A program made the position numbers and the translations under genes. DNA of 32,000 nucleotides, from the NCBI GenBank assembly GCA_900539725.1, contig UQDI01000010.1, forward strand, positions 1-32,000. Direction: 5' to 3'. Positions 6,105-14,652 of the stretch are shown here, piece after piece (within the stretch, counting starts at the first letter, position 1; every line of letters starts with the position of its first letter). The notes under the pieces are model-generated. The model worked only from the letters and a program-made list of their open reading frames with translations, made no database searches and had not been told where the DNA came from. The DNA is from an uncultured Eubacteriales bacterium (lineage in GTDB: Bacteria; Bacillota; Clostridia; Tissierellales; Peptoniphilaceae).

Positions 6105-7427
6105 ATGAAGAAGAAAATTTCACTGTTATTAGCAATACTTATGCTTGTAACATTAATCCCAACAGCATTTGCTGAATCAAAAACAGTAGATGCAGTAAAA
6201 AACACTAAAAAGGTGACACTTGACGGAGAAGAAGTCATGGTCGGCGCATACGACGTAGAAGGCTACAACTACCTAAAATTAAGAGACATAGCAGCAATAC
6301 TTAACGGCAAGAAATGTCAATTCAGCGTTGGCTACGATGAGCCAACAAAGTTAATTTCGGTAGAACTAGCAAAGGCTTATGAAAAAGTTGAAGGCGACCT
6401 AGCAGAAATTAAGGACGAAAAAGCAAAAGCAATCGTATCAGTTAAGAAGATTCTTGTTAATGGCGAAGAAAAAGAAGTAAAGACAGCACTAATCAATGAG
6501 TATAACTATATGCAATTAAGAGACCTTGGTTCACTAGTAGGACTTAACGTTGGCTATGATAAAGTGAATAAAGTTATCATGCTAAAGAGCGATGCTGAAG
6601 CAAAAGAAGAAAAGCCAGAAGAAAAAGAAGAAAAGACTGACGAAAAGAAAGACGAAAAGAAAGAAGAAGTAAAAACAGAAGCAAAAGTAGAATTAGTTCC
6701 TGAAGATAAATGGACTAAAGAAGAAAAAGAATGGTTTGATACTTGTGATAATTATCACGATGCAGTTATTAATATTGTATCTAACGATCTTCCAGAAGAT
6801 GCTAGTGAAGCGCAAATAGCTATGAAGACATATTTTACTAACATGCTACTATTTAGTATATATGGCGGAAACATAGCTTTTGAAGGCGGAGCTAAGAGCA
6901 TTGACAAAAGCGTTGAAGTCAGAGATGGTGTTAGATATTGCGTTGCTCAATATAATTATCCAAGTGGATCTGCTTTAAAATTTGAAGCTAGTAAAGTAGG
7001 CACTGATGATGAAGAATTAAACGATTATTTAATAAACTCTATCATTTTATATGCAGAAAAAGAATTGCCAGAAAAATACCAAAAAGATACTAAATTAATT
7101 TGTAAGGCCTTAATTGAATTTTATGATGCTATAGCTGACAAAGATTATGAAAAGGCTGCTAAAGTAGCTAAAGAATTAGGTACAAAAGCAGACGCTGAAA
7201 GAGTAAAAGCTTTTGAAAAAACAGCTAGACAATTTGCAGAAGTAGTAGGTATTGAAATATTTGGAAAAGATTATAAAGCTGAAGAAATAGCTGCTCCATA
7301 CAACGATCCTGACAGCGATCCTTGCGTTGCATTTAAATATAAGGACGGAAGTTCATTCGCTTTATATTATACAGATGTTTATGAAGGTGGCATAGTAGGA
7401 AGCCCATATTCAGCTAAGTCTAATTAA
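6105..7427 (+). CDS. Secreted/surface protein paralog 1: signal peptide, two copper-amine-oxidase-N-terminal-like (stalk) repeats, a K/E-rich linker and a divergent C-terminal domain
   Basis: Signal peptide MKKKISLLLAILMLVTLIPTAFA. Repeats of the ...YNYLKLRDIAAIL... / ...YNYMQLRDLGSLVG... type. Linker EEKPEEKEEKTDEKKDEKKEE. Confidence 0.8.
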   Translation: MKKKISLLLAILMLVTLIPTAFAESKTVDAVKNTKKVTLDGEEVMVGAYDVEGYNYLKLRDIAAILNGKKCQFSVGYDEPTKLISVELAKAYEKVEGDLAEIKDEKAKAIVSVKKILVNGEEKEVKTALINEYNYMQLRDLGSLVGLNVGYDKVNKVIMLKSDAEAKEEKPEEKEEKTDEKKDEKKEEVKTEAKVELVPEDKWTKEEKEWFDTCDNYHDAVINIVSNDLPEDASEAQIAMKTYFTNMLLFSIYGGNIAFEGGAKSIDKSVEVRDGVRYCVAQYNYPSGSALKFEASKVGTDDEELNDYLINSIILYAEKELPEKYQKDTKLICKALIEFYDAIADKDYEKAAKVAKELGTKADAERVKAFEKTARQFAEVVGIEIFGKDYKAEEIAAPYNDPDSDPCVAFKYKDGSSFALYYTDVYEGGIVGSPYSAKSN

Positions 7428-7446
7428 TTTAATTATTTAAAAAATT

Positions 7447-7468
7447 GGGAGCGAAAGCTCCCTTTTTT
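7447..7468 (+). terminator. Intrinsic terminator GGGAGC-GAAA-GCTCCC-T6
   Basis: Perfect 6-bp GC stem with a GNRA loop and a T6 run. It is preceded by an A-run, so it may act in both directions. Confidence 0.85.
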
Positions 7469-7471
7469 ATC

Positions 7472-7500
7472 TTGATTTTATATTTCTTAAGTAGTATAAT
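7472..7500 (+). promoter_or_regulatory. Promoter of secreted-protein paralog 2 (duplicate of 6041-6069)
   Basis: TTGATT, 17-nt spacer, TATAAT (7495-7500). About 65 bp upstream of the ATG is near-identical to paralog 1. Confidence 0.55.
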
Positions 7501-7535
7501 AAAGTTAACAAATCTATTTGAGGAGGAGTAATATT

Positions 7536-8789
7536 ATGAAGAAGAAAATTTCACTGTTATTAGCAATACTTATGCTTGTAACATTAATCCCAACAGCATT
7601 TGCTGAATCAAAAACAGTAGATGCAGTAAAAAACACTAAAAAGGTGACACTTGACGGAGAAGAAGTCATGGTCGGCGCATACGATGTAGAAGGCTATAAC
7701 TACCTAAAACTTAGGGACGTAGCAGCTATACTTAACGGCAAGAAATGTCAATTCAGCGTTGGCTACGATGAACCAACAAAACTAATTTCAGTTGAATTAG
7801 TAAAAGGCTATGAAAAAGTAGAAGGCGATTTAGCTGAAATTAAAGACGAAAAAGCAAAAGCCATTATCCGCGTGATCAAAATACTTGTTAATGGTGAAGA
7901 AAAAGAAGTAAAGACAGCTCTAATTAATGAAAACAACTACATGCAATTAAGAGACCTTGGTGCACTTGTAGGACTTGGCGTTGGCTATGATAAAGTTAAC
8001 AAAGTTATCATGTTAAAGAGCGATGTTGAAGCAAAAGAAGAAAAGCCAGAAGAAGATAAAAAAGATGAAAAGAAAGAAGATAAAGAAAAAAAATTCTCTA
8101 AAGAAGATAATGCTATTTTTGACCTTATGATAGCTCAAAACAATACTTCTATTAATAGATATAATGGTTATGATCAAGTACCACTAACTGATGATAATCC
8201 GATGGCAACTATTGTAAATATGTCTATACTTTATGGAGCTAGAATATATACTGAAGGCGCAAAGATTGAAAAGAACATTGAAGATGTTGATGGATTTAGA
8301 ACTCACATAATAAAATTTACTTACCCAGGTGGTGGAGTTAGTATAATGAAGACTGTTCCTGCTGAAGAAGAAGGAAAGCTTCAATTCGTGGATAGTGTAG
8401 AAGTTGGACCAGTTATTAGATTTATAGATGAAGAAAAAGATATTAGAAATATGTCTAAAGAAGAACTACAAGAAAAATTCACTAAGGTTCATGATGCTTT
8501 AGCAGACAAAGATTATAAGAAGGCTAGTGAAATTTTAAGAGAGTTGAATTATGATGCTAGCGAAGAAATGGTAAAAGAAATAGCAGAAAGAAAAATTGCT
8601 GATGCTAAAAGATTTGGCGGAGAAATCTTCTCTAAGGACTATGAAGTAAACTATGTTGCTTCAGAAATTGATAATGGAAAATATAATATGATTATATTTA
8701 GATACAAAAATGGTATGGTATTTAGATTTGATGTATATCCACCATTAATTAAGGGTTTTGCTAGTGTAGTATTAGTACCACATAATTAA
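7536..8789 (+). CDS. Secreted/surface protein paralog 2 (same N-terminal module, distantly related C-terminal domain)
   Basis: ATG 7536 sits behind GAGGAGGAG; the track's TTG at 7518 overlaps that RBS. The first ~149 nt of the CDS are identical to paralog 1. The C-terminus shares only patches such as ADKDYEKAAKVAKEL vs ADKDYKKASEILREL. Confidence 0.8.
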   Translation: MKKKISLLLAILMLVTLIPTAFAESKTVDAVKNTKKVTLDGEEVMVGAYDVEGYNYLKLRDVAAILNGKKCQFSVGYDEPTKLISVELVKGYEKVEGDLAEIKDEKAKAIIRVIKILVNGEEKEVKTALINENNYMQLRDLGALVGLGVGYDKVNKVIMLKSDVEAKEEKPEEDKKDEKKEDKEKKFSKEDNAIFDLMIAQNNTSINRYNGYDQVPLTDDNPMATIVNMSILYGARIYTEGAKIEKNIEDVDGFRTHIIKFTYPGGGVSIMKTVPAEEEGKLQFVDSVEVGPVIRFIDEEKDIRNMSKEELQEKFTKVHDALADKDYKKASEILRELNYDASEEMVKEIAERKIADAKRFGGEIFSKDYEVNYVASEIDNGKYNMIIFRYKNGMVFRFDVYPPLIKGFASVVLVPHN

Positions 8790-8801
8790 ATCAAAAAAAT
8801 T

Positions 8802-8823
8802 GGGAGCGAAAGCTCCCTTTTTT
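8802..8823 (+). terminator. Intrinsic terminator, identical copy of 7447-7468
   Basis: GGGAGC-GAAA-GCTCCC-T6. Confidence 0.85.
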
Positions 8824-8857
8824 AATGCTATTATCTTAAAACTATAATCAAATTGAA

Positions 8858-8967
8858 TTTTGCGAAATATTTTGATGAATAAGGCGAAGTACAGTGAGTG
8901 AGCGACTGAGCTGTACAAGTGGGTACGCGGAAGGAACGAGCGAGCGAAACAAGCCGCATTCGCAAAA
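8858..8967. repeat. Copy (inverted orientation) of a dispersed GC-richer intergenic repeat, bounded by TTTTGCGAA (8858-8866) / TTCGCAAAA (8959-8967) with inner GTACAG (8889-8894) / CTGTAC (8911-8916)
   Basis: The reverse complement aligns by eye with 15290-15390 (aatgcggc..gctcgttc..cttccgcg) and with 21760-21820 (cgtac...gtac...gtcgct...cttcgcc/ttattc). Confidence 0.5.
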
Positions 8968-8978
8968 TAGACGCAAAA

Positions 8979-9599
8979 TTACTTAATCCAAGTCTCTTCC
9001 ATATCCTTCACTATTTCAAAAAAGTCATCGCCTGGATAAACTATATGCTTAATCCATTCTTCTTTAATTTGCCAAAGATTTGCCTGAACGACGAACTCGC
9101 TTCTATCTGTTATCTCGAAGATCCTCTCCCAGCTATTTACAATTGTCTCTCTTATATCGTCATACATCTCATCATATTTTCTATCAAATATATTAAAGCT
9201 GTGGTCCGCGCCGCATGACTTGAGCTCTTTTTCAAAGCGTTTCGCGTCGTCCGCATCAAGTGGCACGTACTGATTATTTAAAACGAGGTCCCACTTAGCT
9301 CCATCGAAGTAGATGACTTCGCTCTTCGGCACTGTCAGAGCATAAACGACTTCTTTGTGAATGGGTTTGAGGCAGTTCTCTTTCGAGACGCTGCACCAAA
9401 TTGGGTAGCTGATCTCGTCTGGCTTAGCGACTATTTGCAAAGCCATCTTCACGAAGTAATCATATTTTTCCAAGAAGAAGTCCGATATGTCTTTCATATG
9501 CAAGCCGACGTAGAGCCTTTTGTTTTGTATGACGCCTTTATTTTTTAATTCGTATAAGCTATTCTCATGTTGTCTTGTGTAAAGATTAACGTATTCCAT
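8979..9599 (-). CDS. DUF3841-like hypothetical protein
   Basis: ATG 9599 is preceded by AGGTGA; the track's GTG at 9608 lies inside that RBS. LYTRQHENSLYELKNKGV...YPIWCS matches the recalled DUF3841 N-terminal pattern. Confidence 0.6.
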   Translation of the reverse strand: MEYVNLYTRQHENSLYELKNKGVIQNKRLYVGLHMKDISDFFLEKYDYFVKMALQIVAKPDEISYPIWCSVSKENCLKPIHKEVVYALTVPKSEVIYFDGAKWDLVLNNQYVPLDADDAKRFEKELKSCGADHSFNIFDRKYDEMYDDIRETIVNSWERIFEITDRSEFVVQANLWQIKEEWIKHIVYPGDDFFEIVKDMEETWIK

Positions 9600-9651
9600 G
9601 TTTATCACCTAAGTATTTATACCCAATATTTCGATTTTGGAATTTTAATCC

Positions 9652-9680
9652 TTGACTATAAATAATTTCTATGATATAAT
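9652..9680 (+). promoter_or_regulatory. hut operon promoter
   Basis: TTGACT (9652-9657), 17-nt spacer, TGaTATAAT (TATAAT 9675-9680). Confidence 0.65.
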
Positions 9681-9702
9681 AATTACGGATGAGGTGAGGG
9701 GT

Positions 9703-9756
9703 ATGATGTACATACATTTTAGTTTTATTGCTCACAATTTTAATAATAATAGATAA
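9703..9756 (+). CDS. Candidate hut leader peptide MMYIHFSFIAHNFNNNR (17 aa, two His codons)
   Basis: The SD-like GAGGTGAGGGG (9691-9701) lies directly upstream. His codons are CAT 9715-9717 and CAC 9733-9735. The TAA stop (9754-9756) ends 1 nt before the terminator stem. Confidence 0.35.
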   Translation: MMYIHFSFIAHNFNNNR

Positions 9757-9757
9757 G

Positions 9758-9782
9758 AGGAACGCCACGTGCGTTCCTTTTT
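9758..9782 (+). terminator. Leader (attenuator) terminator between the hut promoter and hutH
   Basis: AGGAACGC (9758-9765) / GCGTTCCT (9771-9778), a perfect 8-bp stem with a 5-nt loop, followed by TTTT. No + strand gene lies upstream whose transcript it could end. Confidence 0.6.
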
Positions 9783-9820
9783 ACTTTATCAGAGTACTAA
9801 CTTAGTAAAAGGAGGATATT

Positions 9821-11350
9821 ATGGACAAGATCGTTATCAATGGAAATGACCTTACTATCGAAGACGTTGTAAAGGTAGCAAGATGTCACGCAGAGGTTGA
9901 AATCTCTAAGAATGCAAAGGACAGAATCATTGCATCAAGAAAACTTGTTGACAAGTTTGTTGAAGAAGAAAGGGTTATCTACGGAATCACAACTGGTTTC
10001 GGAAAATTTTCTGAAGTACATATCTCTAAGGATATGACTAAAAATTTACAAAAGAATTTAATTATGTCTCACTCATGTGGTGTTGGCGAATTATTTGACG
10101 AAGACATCGTTAGAGCCATCATCTTATTAAGAGCTAACTCTTTATCAAAGGGTTATTCTGGTGCAAGACTTGAAACTATCGAAACACTAGTTGCTATGCT
10201 AAACAAGGGTGTTACACCATGTATACCACAAAAGGGTTCACTAGGTGCATCTGGTGACTTAGCTCCACTTGCTCACATGGTTTTACCTATGCTTGGTCTA
10301 GGTGAAGCTTTCTATGAAGGCAAGAAGATGACTGGTAAGGAAGCTATGGACAAGGCTGGCATTCAAACTATTGAATTAACTAGCAAGGAAGGTCTAGCTC
10401 TTATCAATGGTACTCAAGTACTAACTGCTGTTGGTACATTAACTTTATATGATGCTATGAAGCTTGCAAAATTAGCTGACGTCGCTACATCTCTTACAAT
10501 GGAAGCCATGGGCGGCATTATTGATGCATTTGATGAAAGAATCGCTGACGTTAGAAAGCATCAAGGCATGTATGACACTTCATATAATGTAAGAGCTATA
10601 CTTGAAGGATCAAAGAACATCACTCGCCAAGGCGACTTAAGAGTACAAGATGCTTACTCACTAAGATGTGTTCCACAAATTCACTGCGCATCAAAGGATA
10701 CATTCAATTTTGTAAAGAATAAAGTTGATATCGAAATCAACTCTGTTACTGACAACCCAATCATCTTCCCTGATGATGAAGCAGTTATCAGTGCTGGTAA
10801 CTTCCACGGCGAACCAATGGCTCTACCATTTGACTTTTTAGGCATTGGTATTAGCGAAATAGCTAACGTATCCGAAAGAAGACTTGAAAGACTAGTAAAC
10901 CCAGCATTATCAGAAGGTCTACCAGCTTTCTTAGTTAAGGAAGGCGGAGTAAACTCTGGCTACATGATAGTTCAATACGCTGCTGCAGCTCTTGTTAGTG
11001 AAAACAAGGTTTTAGCTCATCCAGCAAGTGTTGACTCAATCCCAAGTTCAGCTAACCAAGAAGACTTAGTATCTATGGGTACTATAGCTGCTAGAAAGGC
11101 TAGAGAAATATATCTAAACGCAAGAAAAGTAGTAGCTATGGAAATGTTTGCTGCATGCCAAGCTATTGACATAAGAGGAGACAAGGGTCTTGGCAAGGGT
11201 ACTAAGGCTGCTTACGACGAAGTAAGAAAAGTAATAGACTACATCGACAAAGACAAGGTTATGTACTTTGAAATCAATAAAGCTGAAGAATTATTAGCTG
11301 ATGACAAGGTTCTTAACGCTGTTGAAGAAGCTGTAGGAGCACTTAAATAG
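9821..11350 (+). CDS. hutH: Histidine ammonia-lyase
   Basis: 509 aa. The MIO-forming motif is GSLGASGDLAPLAH. RBS AAGGAGGA. Confidence 0.97.
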   Translation: MDKIVINGNDLTIEDVVKVARCHAEVEISKNAKDRIIASRKLVDKFVEEERVIYGITTGFGKFSEVHISKDMTKNLQKNLIMSHSCGVGELFDEDIVRAIILLRANSLSKGYSGARLETIETLVAMLNKGVTPCIPQKGSLGASGDLAPLAHMVLPMLGLGEAFYEGKKMTGKEAMDKAGIQTIELTSKEGLALINGTQVLTAVGTLTLYDAMKLAKLADVATSLTMEAMGGIIDAFDERIADVRKHQGMYDTSYNVRAILEGSKNITRQGDLRVQDAYSLRCVPQIHCASKDTFNFVKNKVDIEINSVTDNPIIFPDDEAVISAGNFHGEPMALPFDFLGIGISEIANVSERRLERLVNPALSEGLPAFLVKEGGVNSGYMIVQYAAAALVSENKVLAHPASVDSIPSSANQEDLVSMGTIAARKAREIYLNARKVVAMEMFAACQAIDIRGDKGLGKGTKAAYDEVRKVIDYIDKDKVMYFEINKAEELLADDKVLNAVEEAVGALK

Positions 11351-11372
11351 ATATTAAGTAAGGAGGTTACTT

Positions 11373-13412
11373 ATGAAATTTGATGTTAAAGATGCTATGA
11401 CAATCAAGCTTGATCCAGTTTTACCTGAAATGCATAAGATTGATCCAAAGGTTAGAAGAGCACCAGTTAGAGACTTAACTCTATCAAAGCATGAGATTGA
11501 GCTAGCTTTAAGGAATGCACTTAGATACATTCCAGAAGAATTACACGAAGAATTAGCTCCAGAATTTATGGAAGAGCTAATGACTAGAGGAAGAATTTAT
11601 GGTTACAGATTTAGACCTGAGGGCAATATCAAGGCTAAATCCATTGACGAATACAAGGGTAAATGCATCGAAGGTAAGGCAATACAACTAATGATTGACA
11701 ACAACCTTGACTTTGACGTAGCACTATATCCATATGAACTTGTTACTTACGGTGAAACAGGACAAGTTATGCAAAACTGGATGCAATACAGACTAGTTAT
11801 GAAGTACCTAGAAAATCTAACTGATGAACAAACATTAGTTATGGAATCAGGTCACCCACTAGGCTTATTCAGAAGCCATAAGACTTCACCAAGAGTTATA
11901 ATCACAAACTCATTAATGATAGGCGAGTTCGACGATCAAAAACATTGGCACAAAGCAGTTGCTATGGGCGTTGCAAACTACGGACAAATGACTGCTGGCG
12001 GCTGGATGTACATTGGACCACAAGGTATAGTTCACGGCACATACAATACAGTTCTTAACGCTGCTCGTTTAAAATTAGGTGTTCCACACGATGGCGACTT
12101 AAGAGGCCACATCTTCATTTCATCAGGTTTAGGCGGAATGAGTGGTGCTCAAGGTAAAGCAGCTAAAATTGCGAACGGTGTTGGCGTTATCGCTGAAGTT
12201 GATATCTCAAGAATCAATACAAGACTTGAACAAGGCTGGATAGATGAATGTTCAGACGACCTTGACCAAGTATTCAAATGGGCTAACGAAGCAAAAGAAA
12301 GCAAAACTCCTAGAGCAATCGCTTACCATGGCAATATCGTAGACCTACTAGAATACTGCGTTAAAAACAATGTTCATGTAGAACTACTTTCTGACCAAAC
12401 ATCATGCCACGCTCAATACGACGGCGGCTATTGCCCACAAGGCTTAACATTTGAAGAAAGAACAAAGATGCTTGCTGAAGACAAAGAAGGCTTCTGCAAA
12501 TTAGTTGATAAAACATTAAAGCATCACTTTGAATTAATTAAAACATTAGTAGATAGAGGAACATATTTCTTTGACTATGGTAACTCCTTCATGAAATCAG
12601 TTTTCGATGCAGGCGTTAAGGAAATAGCTAAGAACGGCGTTGACGAATCAGAAGGATTCATCTTCCCAAGCTATGTTGAAGATATCATGGGACCAATGCT
12701 ATTTGACTATGGTTACGGACCATTCAGATGGGTTTGCTTATCAAATAAGGAAGAAGACCTAATTAAGACTGACCACGCAGCTATGGAATGCATAGACAAG
12801 GACAGAAGAGGCCAAGACCTTGATAACTACATCTGGATAAGAGATGCTGAAAAGAACCAATTAGTAGTTGGCTCACAAGCAAGAATTTTATATCAAGACG
12901 AAATCGGTAGATTAAAGATTGCTCTTAAGTTCAACGACATGGTTAGAAAGGGCGAAGTAGGCCCAATCATGCTAGGCCGTGACCACCACGACGTATCAGG
13001 AACTGACTCACCATTTAGAGAAACATCAAACATCAAAGACGGCTCAAACATCATGGCAGACATGGCTACACAATGCTTTGCAGGTAACTGCGCAAGAGGT
13101 ATGTCCATGGTAGCTCTACACAATGGCGGCGGCGTTGGTATAGGTAAATCAATCAACGGCGGCTTCGGTATGGTTCTGGACGGATCAGACAGAGTAGATA
13201 CTATCTTAAAGGCAGCAATGCCATGGGACGTTATGAGCGGTGTAGCAAGAAGAAGTTGGGCTAGAAACGACCACTCAATCGAAACAGCAATTCAATATAA
13301 CAAGGATCACAAAGACACTGACCACATTACTATTCCTTATCTAGTAGACGACAAGATTATAGAAAAAGAAATGGCAAAGGTGGATGAATATGAAGCAAAG
13401 CGTCATAATTAA
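11373..13412 (+). CDS. hutU: Urocanate hydratase (long form)
   Basis: 679 aa. Conserved blocks include YGNSF, GPFRWVCLS and GRDHHD. The gene sits between hutH and hutI. Confidence 0.96.
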   Translation: MKFDVKDAMTIKLDPVLPEMHKIDPKVRRAPVRDLTLSKHEIELALRNALRYIPEELHEELAPEFMEELMTRGRIYGYRFRPEGNIKAKSIDEYKGKCIEGKAIQLMIDNNLDFDVALYPYELVTYGETGQVMQNWMQYRLVMKYLENLTDEQTLVMESGHPLGLFRSHKTSPRVIITNSLMIGEFDDQKHWHKAVAMGVANYGQMTAGGWMYIGPQGIVHGTYNTVLNAARLKLGVPHDGDLRGHIFISSGLGGMSGAQGKAAKIANGVGVIAEVDISRINTRLEQGWIDECSDDLDQVFKWANEAKESKTPRAIAYHGNIVDLLEYCVKNNVHVELLSDQTSCHAQYDGGYCPQGLTFEERTKMLAEDKEGFCKLVDKTLKHHFELIKTLVDRGTYFFDYGNSFMKSVFDAGVKEIAKNGVDESEGFIFPSYVEDIMGPMLFDYGYGPFRWVCLSNKEEDLIKTDHAAMECIDKDRRGQDLDNYIWIRDAEKNQLVVGSQARILYQDEIGRLKIALKFNDMVRKGEVGPIMLGRDHHDVSGTDSPFRETSNIKDGSNIMADMATQCFAGNCARGMSMVALHNGGGVGIGKSINGGFGMVLDGSDRVDTILKAAMPWDVMSGVARRSWARNDHSIETAIQYNKDHKDTDHITIPYLVDDKIIEKEMAKVDEYEAKRHN

Positions 13413-14652
13413 AAATATAGCTTCGCTACTTGCAACAAAGGCTCATGGCACAGTCAGAGCCGGTAAAGCACAAGGCGAAGTAGAAATAATCAAAAACGCA
13501 TATATAATAACTGAAGACGACAAGATAAAAGCCTTGGGTACTATGGATGAGTACAAGGCTATGAACATAGATGAGAGCAAGAGTACAGTCATCGACGCGA
13601 CAGGTAAATTAGTTACACCAGGCCTTGTAGACTCACATACACACCTTGTTCATGGGGGCTCGAGAGAAAATGAGCTCTCCATGAAACTTCATGGCAAGAC
13701 ATACATGGACATAATGAACGCGGGTGGCGGTATACACGCTACACAAAGGCATACTAAAGAAGCAAGCTTCGAAGAGCTTTATGAAAAGGCGAAAAAATCA
13801 CTAGACATCATGCTAAGCTATGGCGTTACAACAGTTGAAGCCAAATCAGGCTATGGCATAGAAGACTTCGATACAGAGCTAAAGCAATTAGAAGTAGTGA
13901 AAAAATTAAACGAAACACACCCAATCGATTTAGTATCAACATTCATGCCGTGTCATGCAATGCCAGATGAGTACAAAAATGACAGAGAAGCCTTTATTAA
14001 TAAGGTTATCAATGAATACAATCCAAAAGTTATGGAAAAGGGCCTCGCAGAATTTGCTGACATCTTCTGTGAAGACGGTGTTTATACTATAGACGAGTCA
14101 AGAAGAGTTTTAAAAGCCTCAAGAGATGCTGGCTTTAAGCTTAAGATACACGCAGACGAACTAATTAGCTTCGGTGGAGCTGAACTAAGCGCTGAACTAA
14201 AATGCGTTTCAGCAGATCACTTGATAGGCGCTTCAGATGAAGGCATCAAGGCCATGGCAGCTAATGGAGTCGTAGCAAACGTACTTCCAGCAACAGCATT
14301 TAACCTAAACACAGGCAAATACGCAAGAGCTAGAAAGATGATAGAAGAAGGCTGCCCAGTAAGTATCTCAACAGACTACAATCCTGGCTCATGCCCATCT
14401 GAAAACATTCAACTAGCTATGCAAATAGCCTCAATCAAAATGAGAATGACAGCAGAAGAAGTATTCAACGCAGCAACTATAAACGCTGCAGCAAGCGTAC
14501 TTAGAACGGAATCCATAGGTTCGCTTGAAGTAGGTAAGAAGGCCGACATCGCCATCTTTAATTGTGAAAATATTGATTACTTCGTATATCACTTCGGTAT
14601 AAACCACACTTATAAAGTGATTAAGAGCGGAAAAATAGTTTATGGCGCTTAA
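13390..14652 (+). CDS. hutI: Imidazolonepropionase
   Basis: Amidohydrolase fold with DSHTHLV, a metal-binding His and KIHADE. ATG 13390 lies 6 nt after AAGGTGG and overlaps the end of hutU. Confidence 0.94.
   Translation: MKQSVIIKNIASLLATKAHGTVRAGKAQGEVEIIKNAYIITEDDKIKALGTMDEYKAMNIDESKSTVIDATGKLVTPGLVDSHTHLVHGGSRENELSMKLHGKTYMDIMNAGGGIHATQRHTKEASFEELYEKAKKSLDIMLSYGVTTVEAKSGYGIEDFDTELKQLEVVKKLNETHPIDLVSTFMPCHAMPDEYKNDREAFINKVINEYNPKVMEKGLAEFADIFCEDGVYTIDESRRVLKASRDAGFKLKIHADELISFGGAELSAELKCVSADHLIGASDEGIKAMAANGVVANVLPATAFNLNTGKYARARKMIEEGCPVSISTDYNPGSCPSENIQLAMQIASIKMRMTAEEVFNAATINAAASVLRTESIGSLEVGKKADIAIFNCENIDYFVYHFGINHTYKVIKSGKIVYGA

Noticed and set aside
8919-9218. 99-aa + strand ORF
   Set aside because: It is antisense to the well-supported DUF3841-like CDS and starts in the repeat element, so it is a shadow ORF. 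The same reasoning applies to the other antisense track ORFs inside hutU, oppB/C/D/F, lysR, the ABC genes, the peptidase and the TRIC gene (for example 4098-4373, 5065-5424, 12893-13156, 17130-17441, 19478-19996, 20642-21073, 22433-22804).
9687-9820. HutP-type (Bacillus) RNA-binding antitermination of the hut leader
   Set aside because: No hutP-like gene precedes hutH. The leader has only two widely spaced UAG triplets rather than the two sets of three regularly spaced UAGs that HutP binds.
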